Positions 30,803-39,868 are shown, counted from the stretch's first letter. The stretch is DNA of 64,000 nt from Sphingomonadales bacterium UBA1936 (GCA_002336985.1 DDFE01000151.1:38923-102922); one strand, 5' to 3'. Program-made: numbers and translations. Notes: generated by a model not told the origin, from the letters alone.

Positions 30803-31180
30803 ATGAAGAAGACACCCTTTCTCTTGGCGGCCGTCGCGGCGTTCAGCCTGACCACCCCCGCATCGTCGCACGGCCTGACCAAGCCGCAGCACGGCGGCGT
30901 GGTCTCGATGAACGGCGAGACCTTGTTCGAACTGGCGAGCACTCCTGCCGGCGTCTCCCTTTACGTCGTCGACGAGGATGATCCCGTCAACGCCGCGGGT
31001 ATGACCGCGAAGCTCAGCATCGCTTCCGGCGGCAAGAAAACCGAAGTCGCGCTCGTGCCTGGCAAAGGAAACCAGTTCTTCGCCAAGGGTCTGAAGCTGT
31101 CGAAGGGCGCAAATGTGGCTGTGTTCGTTGCCAACAAGGCCACGGGCGCGCGCTATGGCACCACCTTCATCATAAAATAA
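30803..31180 (+). CDS. Secreted small putative metal-binding protein (HG...PQHGG)
   Basis: Signal peptide, then HGLTKPQHGGVV; beta-rich; same strand as its neighbours. Confidence 0.7.
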   Translation: MKKTPFLLAAVAAFSLTTPASSHGLTKPQHGGVVSMNGETLFELASTPAGVSLYVVDEDDPVNAAGMTAKLSIASGGKKTEVALVPGKGNQFFAKGLKLSKGANVAVFVANKATGARYGTTFIIK

Positions 31181-31363
31181 CTGGGCACCGTATCGGCCTC
31201 TCTGCCCGCTTTGCCGGGCGGCACGCCGAGCAAAAGTCTCCGCGACGATAACAAGCACTATCAATTCGTCTGGTAGACAAGCTTTTCGGGTCAGGGTCGG
31301 GCGAGCAGCCCGATCGGTGATCCAGCATGCTCGTCGCGACCGCCCTCTCCATGCCCGAGGATC

Positions 31364-32080
31364 ATGATGCCCAAGCTTCGTTTTCCCGTCCGTGCCGGTG
31401 CGATGCTCGTCGCCGTGCTGCTCATGACGATCTTTGCAGGTGACGCCATGGCGCATGGCGTTGCCGAAGGCGACAAGGCTTTCATTCGCGCCAATCCGGG
31501 CGTGAACATCATTCCCTATATCTATCTGGGCGCCAAGCACATGGTGACCGGATATGATCACCTCCTCTTCCTGTTCGGCGTCATCTTCTTTCTTTATCGC
31601 CTGAGGGATGTCTGGACGTATGTGACGCTATTCGCGATCGGACACAGCACGACGCTTCTAATCGGCGTGATGTTCAACCTGCACGCCAACCCCTTCGTCA
31701 TCGATGCGATCATCGGCCTGTCGGTGGTCTACAAGGCGCTCGACAACCTCGGTGCCTTTCCAACCGTGCTCGGCTTCCAGCCCAATCAGAAAGCCGCGGT
31801 GCTAATTTTCGGCTTCTTCCACGGCTTCGGACTCGCCACCAAGGTTCAGGATCTGATCACGTCTCGCGATGGCCTCCTCGCCAACCTCATCAGCTTCAAC
31901 GTCGGCGTCGAGACAGGACAGGTCATAGCGCTGAGTTTCATCCTCATCCTCATGACGCTGTGGCGCCGGAGCGCGAGCTTCAACCGCAACGTCGTCGTCG
32001 CCAATGCAATCATCATGTGCGCTGGCATGGTCCTCACCGGCTACCAGATCGCCGGCTTCTTTTCGGAGAAAGCGCTATGA
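31364..32080 (+). CDS. HupE/UreJ family membrane protein (Ni/Co permease-like)
   Basis: AHGV, HMVTGYDHLLF, FAIGHSTTL, FGFFHGFG, FNVGVE. Confidence 0.88.
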   Translation: MMPKLRFPVRAGAMLVAVLLMTIFAGDAMAHGVAEGDKAFIRANPGVNIIPYIYLGAKHMVTGYDHLLFLFGVIFFLYRLRDVWTYVTLFAIGHSTTLLIGVMFNLHANPFVIDAIIGLSVVYKALDNLGAFPTVLGFQPNQKAAVLIFGFFHGFGLATKVQDLITSRDGLLANLISFNVGVETGQVIALSFILILMTLWRRSASFNRNVVVANAIIMCAGMVLTGYQIAGFFSEKAL

Positions 32081-32697
32081 CCACTTCCGCCGCCCGCGAT
32101 CCTAGCCTTCCGTATCAGGCATCGCCCCGCGCGCTCGCACGTGCGACGCTTGGCGCCGCTGTTGCGGCAGCGGCGATCCTCACGCTGTTCGTTCTTCCCG
32201 CCGAATGGGCGATCGACCCGACCGGTATCGGCAGGGCACTCGGCCTCACCCGCATGGCCCGCGTCGCCGAAAGCGAGGAACCCGAAACCCCGGCCGCAGC
32301 ACCACAATTGGCGGCTGCCGTGCAGATCGGTCCGCAGCTGAAAGAGACTATCGAGACCATAACCCCGTGGCGCACGGACGAGAAGACGCTCACTCTTGCG
32401 CCCCACAGCGGTGTCGAAATCAAGGCGCACATGGTGCGGGGCGACCGGTTCGTGTTTCACTGGTCCGCGACGGGACCCGTACGTATGGATATGCATGGCG
32501 AGCGCGGCCCGGCCAAGGATGGCGAGTTCACGACCTACTGGAAGCAAAAGGACCTGAGCGCAGCGCAGGGCTCCTTTACCGCAGCCTATGACGGCATCCA
32601 CGGGTGGTACTGGCGCAACGGCAGTGACGCGCCGGTGACGATCAAGCTCCAGACAACCGGCTTCTACAAGGATCTGTTCGAGCCGCCGGCCAGCTGA
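32077..32697 (+). CDS. Membrane-anchored hypothetical protein typically found after HupE/UreJ genes
   Basis: N-terminal TM, LPAEWAIDPTG, DMHGE, GIHGWYWRN; ATGA overlap. Confidence 0.8.
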   Translation: MTTSAARDPSLPYQASPRALARATLGAAVAAAAILTLFVLPAEWAIDPTGIGRALGLTRMARVAESEEPETPAAAPQLAAAVQIGPQLKETIETITPWRTDEKTLTLAPHSGVEIKAHMVRGDRFVFHWSATGPVRMDMHGERGPAKDGEFTTYWKQKDLSAAQGSFTAAYDGIHGWYWRNGSDAPVTIKLQTTGFYKDLFEPPAS

Positions 32698-32719
32698 TCC
32701 GTTCTTCGAAAGATAAGAC

Positions 32720-33475
32720 ATGTCCCTTCTCGAAAAAACCCTTCCGAACGCCTTGGACCGCGATCGCGCGCCGTCCTTCGTCGACCTGCGCGCGTTTGCT
32801 GCGGTCGCTGAACCATCACTTCGCAATGGCGCTCGAGAGGGAGGCGATTTCATCTCGAACCGTCTCGCGCTTCCCGTCGCGGGCAAAGATGGTCCTGCCA
32901 GCGCCCTGTTCCTCAGCGCTGGCAGCGGCGGCGACGCGACGATGCCGCATGACGAATTCATCATCGTACTCAAGGGCCGCCTTAGCTTAACGGGCTTCGG
33001 CGCCGGCTACGATCTCGACGCCGACGACGCCGCTGTCATTCCCCATGGGACTAGCTTCACGTGGCGCGCGAACGACGACGTGCTCGCTGTTTCGCTCCGC
33101 TATGGGCAAAGCAAGGCGGGCGGTCGCCCGATCACGCGGATCAGCCACGATCCGGCGCTTGAGCCATCAGCAAAGCCAGCTGCCGACGTTCTGCTAGGCC
33201 CCGCACCGGAGTGCCGCAACTTCAACGACTACCGCGTCGACGATGGCAAGTTCGTGTGCGGAACATGGGACTCGACCGCATATCAGCGCAAAGGGTTTCA
33301 CTACGGCCATCACGAGATCATGCTGATCAATCAAGGCTCCGTGACGCTGACCGACCAGGATGGTCGGACGCAAAAGTTCGCCGAGGGTAGCCTGGTTCTC
33401 GTCGAAGCCGGGTCACAGACAGCGTGGGACAGTCGCGAACATGTCACCAAGGTCTTTGCGATCTACCGCCTCTGA
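32720..33475 (+). CDS. Tandem cupin protein (DUF861/EutQ-like)
   Basis: DEFIIVLKGRL...IPHG and CGTWDST...HEIMLINQGSV, two cupin halves. Confidence 0.8.
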   Translation: MSLLEKTLPNALDRDRAPSFVDLRAFAAVAEPSLRNGAREGGDFISNRLALPVAGKDGPASALFLSAGSGGDATMPHDEFIIVLKGRLSLTGFGAGYDLDADDAAVIPHGTSFTWRANDDVLAVSLRYGQSKAGGRPITRISHDPALEPSAKPAADVLLGPAPECRNFNDYRVDDGKFVCGTWDSTAYQRKGFHYGHHEIMLINQGSVTLTDQDGRTQKFAEGSLVLVEAGSQTAWDSREHVTKVFAIYRL

Positions 33476-33844
33476 ACACCGGGCAAACTCGTGCAGCCAG
33501 TGATTTCGGGACCGGGCGGCCACATCAGGTGAGGCCTCCGGTCACGGCTGTCGGCTGATTCTCGCGCACCGGGACCTCAACGCAAACACCCGCGATGAGT
33601 AACACGCCATGGGCGCGCTCCCCCAAGCGCGCCCCGAAAAGTGAAGCAAAAGCACGGCAACTGAATTCGCGCCCTTTTCGGTTCGAAGCGTGAAATGTCC
33701 ACGCCGGCCATTTCTGAACACGATCTGTCGTGCGCCCGGTGCCAGCGGCATATTTCCCGATTTGCCTACGCGGCTTCGGTCCTAAATGCCGAAATAGGCG
33801 CATATCGTGATGGCCCGATAGCAGCTCGTGCAAGGGGTCATGAC

Positions 33845-35092
33845 ATGAATCGCTCTTCGAACAATGCAAACGTCGCGCGGCGCACCTTTCTCAAAAATGG
33901 CGGTACTGCACTCGCCGCGGCCTCGGTAGCGTCCTCGACCGCGCAGGCGGCCGGCGCCGGCCTGCTTCCGACCGATCCGTCCACCACCCCGGGACCCCGG
34001 ATCGGAAAGCGTGGTCCATTGATGCCGATCCGCGCGTCCATGGACCGTGTGATTTCACTGGAATCCTGTCTCCGTCCGTTTCGGCCTCAAGGTCCCCGCA
34101 TCGAGATCGAGCATGTCGGCAAGAAGGCGATCGTGCACAATTACGGCCATGGCGGCAGCGGCTGGTCGCTCAGCTGGGGTTCCGGACGTCAGGCCACGAT
34201 GCTTGCAAAAACCACCGGCGCACGCGAAATCGCGGTGATCGGCGCCGGGGCGATCGGCCTGACGACCGCGCTCGTGGCGCAACGTTCGGGGTTCAAGGTT
34301 CGCATCTACACCAAGGACATGATCCCTAACGTCCGCTCGTTCCGTGCTACTGGCGTCTGGTCGCCGAGCGCGCGCATCGTCAGCCTGGAACACGCAACGC
34401 CCGCTTTCCGGAAACTCTGGGAGGAGATGGCGAGATACTCGTATTTCCAGTACAATTCGATGCTGGGCCTACCGGGCAACCCGGTCGAATGGATCGACAC
34501 CTACAAGATGTCCGACACGCCCTTTGCAAGCGGCGCATCACTCTACACGCACGCGCCCTATCCGAACGAGCCCGAGTATCCGCATCTCGAGGACGAGTAC
34601 ACGCCCGATCTGATGTCGGGGTTTCAGACCCTGACCAGGGACCAGCACCCATTCCCCGTGGATTATGTTCGACGCATGAACACCATGATGTTCAACATTC
34701 CGGCGCACGCGCACGCCCTGTTGCAGGAGTTTCTGGAGCGTGGCGGCGACGTCGTCATCCGGGAATTTGAAAGTCCCCGGCAGTTTCAGGATCTTCCCGA
34801 ACGGACAATCATCCATTCGACCGGCTATGCCGCAAAAGCGCTTCTCGGCGACAACAGTCTCGTCCCTGTGCGCGGTCAGACGGCCCGACTCATCCCGCAG
34901 CCGGAGGTGGACTATGCAATCAGCTATGATTCCCAGAACGTCTATACAGTGCCGCGGCGCGACGGCATGATCGTGCAGGAATGGTCGCCCGGCGACTACG
35001 GCAACGAGAAGGAAGTCGCCTATCTCGACATGACCCGCAAGTCGGTCGAGAAGATCGCGAAGATCATGGAAGCCATGAGCAAGCGCAGCTAG
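33845..35092 (+). CDS. Tat-exported D-amino-acid oxidase-like flavoprotein, circularly permuted
   Basis: ARRTFLK Tat motif. CLRP...HNYGHGGSGWSLSWG (aa ~98) comes before the Rossmann GAGAIG (aa 133). PVRGQ lies near the C-terminus. Confidence 0.85.
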   Translation: MNRSSNNANVARRTFLKNGGTALAAASVASSTAQAAGAGLLPTDPSTTPGPRIGKRGPLMPIRASMDRVISLESCLRPFRPQGPRIEIEHVGKKAIVHNYGHGGSGWSLSWGSGRQATMLAKTTGAREIAVIGAGAIGLTTALVAQRSGFKVRIYTKDMIPNVRSFRATGVWSPSARIVSLEHATPAFRKLWEEMARYSYFQYNSMLGLPGNPVEWIDTYKMSDTPFASGASLYTHAPYPNEPEYPHLEDEYTPDLMSGFQTLTRDQHPFPVDYVRRMNTMMFNIPAHAHALLQEFLERGGDVVIREFESPRQFQDLPERTIIHSTGYAAKALLGDNSLVPVRGQTARLIPQPEVDYAISYDSQNVYTVPRRDGMIVQEWSPGDYGNEKEVAYLDMTRKSVEKIAKIMEAMSKRS

Positions 35093-35177
35093 GTTTCAAG
35101 GCGCGGAGGCGCCCTGTTTCGAGATCAGAACACGAGCGTCCAGCACACTTCGTCACCTGAAGGAGACGCCGTGTTCC

Positions 35178-36050
35178 CTAATCTTCCCATGGCAATTCCG
35201 TCGTCTTTACAAAATCGGAGCGCTGCTCGATAAGGTCGGCCGAGAGCGAGGCGAGCGGGTCGACAACCGCTGCCATGAGGGATTCCAGCGCGCGCTGGCG
35301 GACGAACGTCACCATGAAATTTCCCGACATTTTCCCCGATTTGAGTTCTCGCTGAAATGACACGTGATCGACCGGTTCGGGACGCGGCGCGTCGACGCTC
35401 GAATCGATGAGGAAAAGATCGCCCGAGGTGACGACGAGAGGGAAGAAGAGCCAGATGTATCGCCAGTCGTCCGGCTGCCTTACCTTTGGCATTTCCTTCC
35501 GCCGCGCATTCAGCGCCTTCGCCATGGGATAGAAAATCGCGTCGTAAAGGCCGCCATGGTTGGCGTGCCACCCTTTCCCGCTTCGGTCGATCCGGCAGAA
35601 TTGGACCGCCTTCCATGGCCGGACATGCGCATCGAAAACCTGATCGAAGCCGAGGTGATCGAACGCCGGGCGCTCACGATAGGTGCTGCGACGAGCATCC
35701 AGAGGCTTGGTCATCTTGTATTCAAAGGGAAAAGCGAATTCCTGAGGATGCCGGTGCCGATCGCCCTCGTTCTTCGGTCGGGCGATGAACACGAACGGAT
35801 TTGAGGAATTCTTGCACTCGACCAACAGCTCGATGATCCCGATGAGCTTGGCCTCCTCATTCATCGCGCTTCGTTTGATCGCCGTTACGTCGATCTCGCG
35901 GGATTTTCCTTCGTCGACGTCCTCGAAGGCGACGTTCGTCTGTACGTTAAAGCCGCGACGTTCCAACTGAGTCGCGACCTCTTGCTCCATGAGATAGCCG
36001 GAGGCCTCGACAGCGGCCATGATCTCATCTTGCGTTGGATTTGCGGGCAT
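35178..36050 (-). CDS. PD-(D/E)XK restriction-endonuclease-like protein
   Basis: SGYLMEQEV...REIDVTA...LLVECKNS (E...D...ExK), followed by a C-terminal domain ending PLVVT. Start chosen at MPANPT. Confidence 0.7.
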   Translation of the reverse strand: MPANPTQDEIMAAVEASGYLMEQEVATQLERRGFNVQTNVAFEDVDEGKSREIDVTAIKRSAMNEEAKLIGIIELLVECKNSSNPFVFIARPKNEGDRHRHPQEFAFPFEYKMTKPLDARRSTYRERPAFDHLGFDQVFDAHVRPWKAVQFCRIDRSGKGWHANHGGLYDAIFYPMAKALNARRKEMPKVRQPDDWRYIWLFFPLVVTSGDLFLIDSSVDAPRPEPVDHVSFQRELKSGKMSGNFMVTFVRQRALESLMAAVVDPLASLSADLIEQRSDFVKTTELPWED

Positions 36051-36267
36051 TGCCTTAGCTAAGCTCAGCAGCGGACGATCAGCAAGCACGAATGGCGTCG
36101 TCGTTTGGCTGCCATAAAGCCTGGAAGCTCGACGCAACCGCCGAGACGGCCGGATGCCGCCGACGGCTAAGCGACAAGCCTCAGCAGCCGCCTCTGACCC
36201 TATCGCGGACATGAAACCGGCTTGCCGTGAATCCCCGCAACTGACAGGCGTCGGACGGGAGGACATC

Positions 36268-37455
36268 ATGCGGGTTTTCGTTTTGGGTGCCGGCGCTTCA
36301 AAAAGTTACGGGGATAGCCCTAGCGGCCAACGAATGCCGATCGCGCGCGATTTTTTCGAGACCTACGATGGCCTGGACCTATCAGCCAATCCCTGGGTCC
36401 TGATCGGATCGCTTGTCAATTACGTTGAGGATTTTCTCGGCAATCAGGATGCCTACGCTTACCTGCGGTCCGGCGTAGATATCGAGGAACTGCATTCGCA
36501 GATAGAAGCCGATCGCGATCGGCTTCTCCACGAACAGGGCCTCGTAGCAGCGATGACTCCCTATAAGGCATACAACGAGCTGCTGTTTCTTTTCGCCGCT
36601 GTCTTAAACGATATCCAAAACGGCCCCCCGTCTAAGGCGCATATGCGGCTGATAGACGGTCTCGCCGAAGATGACGTTATAATAACCTTCAATTGGGATA
36701 CTCTTCTCGATCGAACGCTTTGCGAACGCACCTGCTGGCGCCCGGACTGGGGGTACGGGATCGCGCCGCAGACCTTATTCGACGATGGATGGCGCGAACC
36801 CAGGTCGACCGGTGAACGCAGGGGAAACCGGCTAATTAAACTCCATGGTTCGACAAACTGGCTTACCGCATTTTCGCTTACGGACGGCAAAGGCAAAATC
36901 GTACCGGGCCAGGACGTTGACCCGGCCGCCTTCGCCGTATTCGAACAGGCGAGCGGCCCCTACGCCTGCTTTAAGGGGAGATACATTGGTGATTATGCCC
37001 CCTATTCCTACGGTTACTATCCGCCCAATCTTCCTTTCACCGGTCGGCCAGCGCCAGAGGGAAGGAAAATCGTGCGATTCACGCCCTCTTGGATTCCGAG
37101 CGGCAGCGCTCCGCAGGATGGGCTGACCTCGATGCCGCTGATTATTCCCCCGGTCAAAAACAAGAGCTATGATTTTTATGGTAAGCTCTTCGCGGATCTC
37201 TGGTCGCAGGCAGAGGAGGCGCTGACTTCTGCCGACGAAATCATGATCATCGGCTACTCCTTCCCACAGACGGACGTTCAGAGCGAAAAGCTCTTTAAGC
37301 GTGCGTTCGCGCGCAGAAAGACGATGCCCCGCATCACGATCCTAGACCCCAACCCCGCGCCTGTGGCGACAAGAATGCAGGCTGAATTCGGAATCGATGA
37401 AAACCACCTTTGCGTCATTTCGCAGTATTTTTCACACGACACCGAGCTGGGCTAA
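36268..37455 (+). CDS. SIR2-like (SIR2_2) domain protein, putative NADase
   Basis: VLGAGAS, ITFNWDTLLD, KLHGS, IIPPV, IIGYSFP; GGAGG RBS before the ATG at 36268. Confidence 0.85.
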   Translation: MRVFVLGAGASKSYGDSPSGQRMPIARDFFETYDGLDLSANPWVLIGSLVNYVEDFLGNQDAYAYLRSGVDIEELHSQIEADRDRLLHEQGLVAAMTPYKAYNELLFLFAAVLNDIQNGPPSKAHMRLIDGLAEDDVIITFNWDTLLDRTLCERTCWRPDWGYGIAPQTLFDDGWREPRSTGERRGNRLIKLHGSTNWLTAFSLTDGKGKIVPGQDVDPAAFAVFEQASGPYACFKGRYIGDYAPYSYGYYPPNLPFTGRPAPEGRKIVRFTPSWIPSGSAPQDGLTSMPLIIPPVKNKSYDFYGKLFADLWSQAEEALTSADEIMIIGYSFPQTDVQSEKLFKRAFARRKTMPRITILDPNPAPVATRMQAEFGIDENHLCVISQYFSHDTELG

Positions 37456-37513
37456 CTGGCGAGTGGCCTTGATCTCAAAACAACGCATAGATCAATATTA
37501 AGCTACTGCTCTG

Positions 37514-37861
37514 TCAGGCGCACGGGTATCGTCGGTTTAAGCCTGCAACGATTGCCGCGGTGACGCTGGTTCCTGCCCGCTGCGCTGAAGGGACTGCCCG
37601 CAACAACGCCAGGATATCATCGGAATTAGTCTTTAACGGACCAGTTGGCGGACATGCATTGGGTCGATGTGCCTGATTTCGCCAGGCCTTGGCGGCGGCG
37701 GCAAACTCCGTCTTGAGTAGCGTCACATCCGACGAAAACAGCGCCTTCATGCCTTTTGCTTCGACTGCGTCGGTTTTGGCTAGAAACTCGGTTACGGTCA
37801 TCGCTTGGGCCATGGTGGACACCATCATAACCGCCAAAAAACCAATTATCTTTAATTGCAT
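37514..37861 (-). CDS. Small secreted two-Cys helical protein (Rap1a/Tai-like pattern)
   Basis: Signal peptide ending AQA, then ACPP...RRYPCA. Confidence 0.65.
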   Translation of the reverse strand: MQLKIIGFLAVMMVSTMAQAMTVTEFLAKTDAVEAKGMKALFSSDVTLLKTEFAAAAKAWRNQAHRPNACPPTGPLKTNSDDILALLRAVPSAQRAGTSVTAAIVAGLNRRYPCA

Positions 37862-38302
37862 GCCAGCGTCCCATCACCCTCTGAAGCGACAGCCTTGCCC
37901 CCTCCAGATTTCAGAAGGCTGAACATAGGTGACTGGTTGCCGCTTCAAGCAACATCGTGCGGTTGCGGAAAACACTGTGACGCGGGCGCATCACGAACTG
38001 AAAGCTGCAACCCAATTACAGACGCTGGCCGGTGACGGATGATTACGAATGCTGAAACCGCGATGGCCATTAATTAAAGATCGGCGGCGGCACGTGGCAC
38101 AGCCCAAGCACAGCGATCGAAGCAAGGTGCAAGGAATTTACACGCTTTTTCGTTGCTGCGTTTCTTCTGGGGTATGTACCGGTTGCAAAAGACCATCCCG
38201 CGTCGTCATATCGTTCCTGCCATTGCAACAAACGCTCGTGCCGCCGATGTTGTCTGAACGCCAGCGCTGCGCTCACAAGCAGTGCAGCCGAACCCAGACG
38301 TT

Positions 38303-38990
38303 TCAAGCGCGTGTCGCCGCAACGATGGGGCCGCCGCGGCCTGCCTGAAGCAGCAGTGCATTTTTCAGCCCGGGCACGCCCGCCGGAAGCTTGAACGACT
38401 TCGCCTCGCCATTCCATGTTCCGAGAGAGACTAGATCGCGCACGATGTTACGATGCGGGATGGTTCGCCCGCCGTTCTCGCCCGCGCGGATCGCGACCTG
38501 GATTGTCCGCGGGTCATAACGGACGAGCCAGAGCGTGGCCGGTTTTGAGGTCCGGGTCTGCGGGAGCGAGATGGTCGGTCCGTTGACCGCGATCGGCACC
38601 TCAGCAGCGTTAATGCGCGCCCGCGCGAATGGAGCCATCGACTTCCGCCTGCCGGTTCCCGACGATCGCGGTGCGGCCATCGACAATCATCTGAGGCGTC
38701 GATACATTCCCCCGACCGCCCGCATGAGCGTAGTCCCACTGGCGCGCCGTGTACGCACGCCGCGCAAACGTGTCCTTCCAGCCAAGCTGATCCCAGTAAG
38801 TCACCGCAAAGTTGAGCGCGATCACGTCGGTTCGATCGGCAAGCGCATTGAGAACGGCATCGGCTGGCGGACAGGACGAGCAGCCTTGGCTCTGGAACAG
38901 TTCGACGACGACCGGCCTGCCCGGCGGCGCGGCTGAGGCCGACGCGATGAGGGACATGCCAATGGGAAGCAAGGCAATGAGACGCATCAT
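38303..38990 (-). pseudogene. DUF1223 thioredoxin-like secreted protein, split by a +1 frameshift near 38620-38622
   Basis: N-half 38610-38990 has VVELFQSQGCSSCPPAD, VTYWDQLGWKDTF, TPQMIV. C-half 38303-38686 has AIRAGENGGR..HRNIVRDL. Removing one C from the CCC at 38620-38622 joins them as ...DGSIRAARINAAEVP. Confidence 0.8.
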
Positions 38991-39454
38991 GAGTTCCTCG
39001 GTCCAGCATCGATGTTCGACTTGAAGAGCAGCGCGTCAAGCGACCAGCGCCCGCCGCCTCTCAGGATCAGCGGCAGCAGTAATCCCGCCCAGCCGAGATG
39101 CGTGGTCCACGCGTCGGGATAGACAAATAACTCGATGACCGTCGTCATCCCAAGCAGCGCCAAGGCCGCAGGGCGGGTCAACAAGCCCAGCACCAGCAGG
39201 ATCGGAAACAGGTGTTCCGAATAAGTGGCTGCATGCGCGGCGATGTCCGGTGGCACCAGCGGCAGAACGTATTCGGTGCGGAACAGTTCGTAGGTTCCGT
39301 CCGTAATGTGCAGGACGCCATCGACCTTGGTCCGGCCCGACTGGAAAAATATGGCCGCGATCGCGAGGCGGTCGATGAGCAGCAACAGGTCGTCGGGTAT
39401 ACGCGCTGTGAGTCGGCGCATTGCGGCTAGTCCGCGCGTCAATGTGGGTGTCAT
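38987..39454 (-). CDS. DoxX family membrane protein (BufD-like)
   Basis: [39 protein letters not shown]; GGAG RBS. Confidence 0.9.
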   Translation of the reverse strand: MTPTLTRGLAAMRRLTARIPDDLLLLIDRLAIAAIFFQSGRTKVDGVLHITDGTYELFRTEYVLPLVPPDIAAHAATYSEHLFPILLVLGLLTRPAALALLGMTTVIELFVYPDAWTTHLGWAGLLLPLILRGGGRWSLDALLFKSNIDAGPRNS

Positions 39455-39519
39455 GGTGGTCTCCGGGTGGAGGTCGCCGGGCGGCATGTTCGGCCGCACG
39501 ACGTGGCATCAGTTGCGGG

Positions 39520-39789
39520 TTACGCCTTGGGCATCAGCGACCCGAAGCCCTTGGGCGTTTTGATCGACGTGCAGGTGCCGGCCTTGACCAGCTTCCAAGC
39601 ATTACCTTGGTAACTGACCTTCGACGTCCCGGCGCAACTGGTCCCGGCACCCGCCTTGCAATCGTTCTTGCCCGCGAGCGAAACGCCGTAGCACTTCTCC
39701 ATCGGCTGGGGTGCGGCAGACGCACTGGTTGCGGTTGCCGCGATGGTGAGGGCCAGCGTAGCGGCGAGGGTGGCATGGGTCTTGGTCAT
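39520..39789 (-). CDS. DUF2282 / BufA1-type bufferin precursor (signal peptide plus 4 Cys)
   Basis: MTKTHAT...ASA, then [26 protein letters not shown]...AWKLV..GTC; CAGGAG RBS. Confidence 0.9.
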   Translation of the reverse strand: MTKTHATLAATLALTIAATATSASAAPQPMEKCYGVSLAGKNDCKAGAGTSCAGTSKVSYQGNAWKLVKAGTCTSIKTPKGFGSLMPKA

Positions 39790-39842
39790 TGTCGGTCTCC
39801 TGAAAATGCGATGCCCGGTCACAGGTCGGGCATGCACAGGAG

Positions 39843-39868
39843 TTCGCGGGCCACGGCCGGGTGGTTAC
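39843..39868 (-). promoter_or_regulatory. SigF (ECF16)-type promoter GTAACC-N16-CGAA for bufA1-doxX-DUF1223
   Basis: Plus strand reads TTCG (39843-46), N16, GGTTAC (39863-68). Confidence 0.85.

Noticed and set aside
37862-38302. Short ORFs between the Rap1a-like gene and DUF1223
   Set aside because: No motifs or coding signal; likely intergenic or junction DNA.
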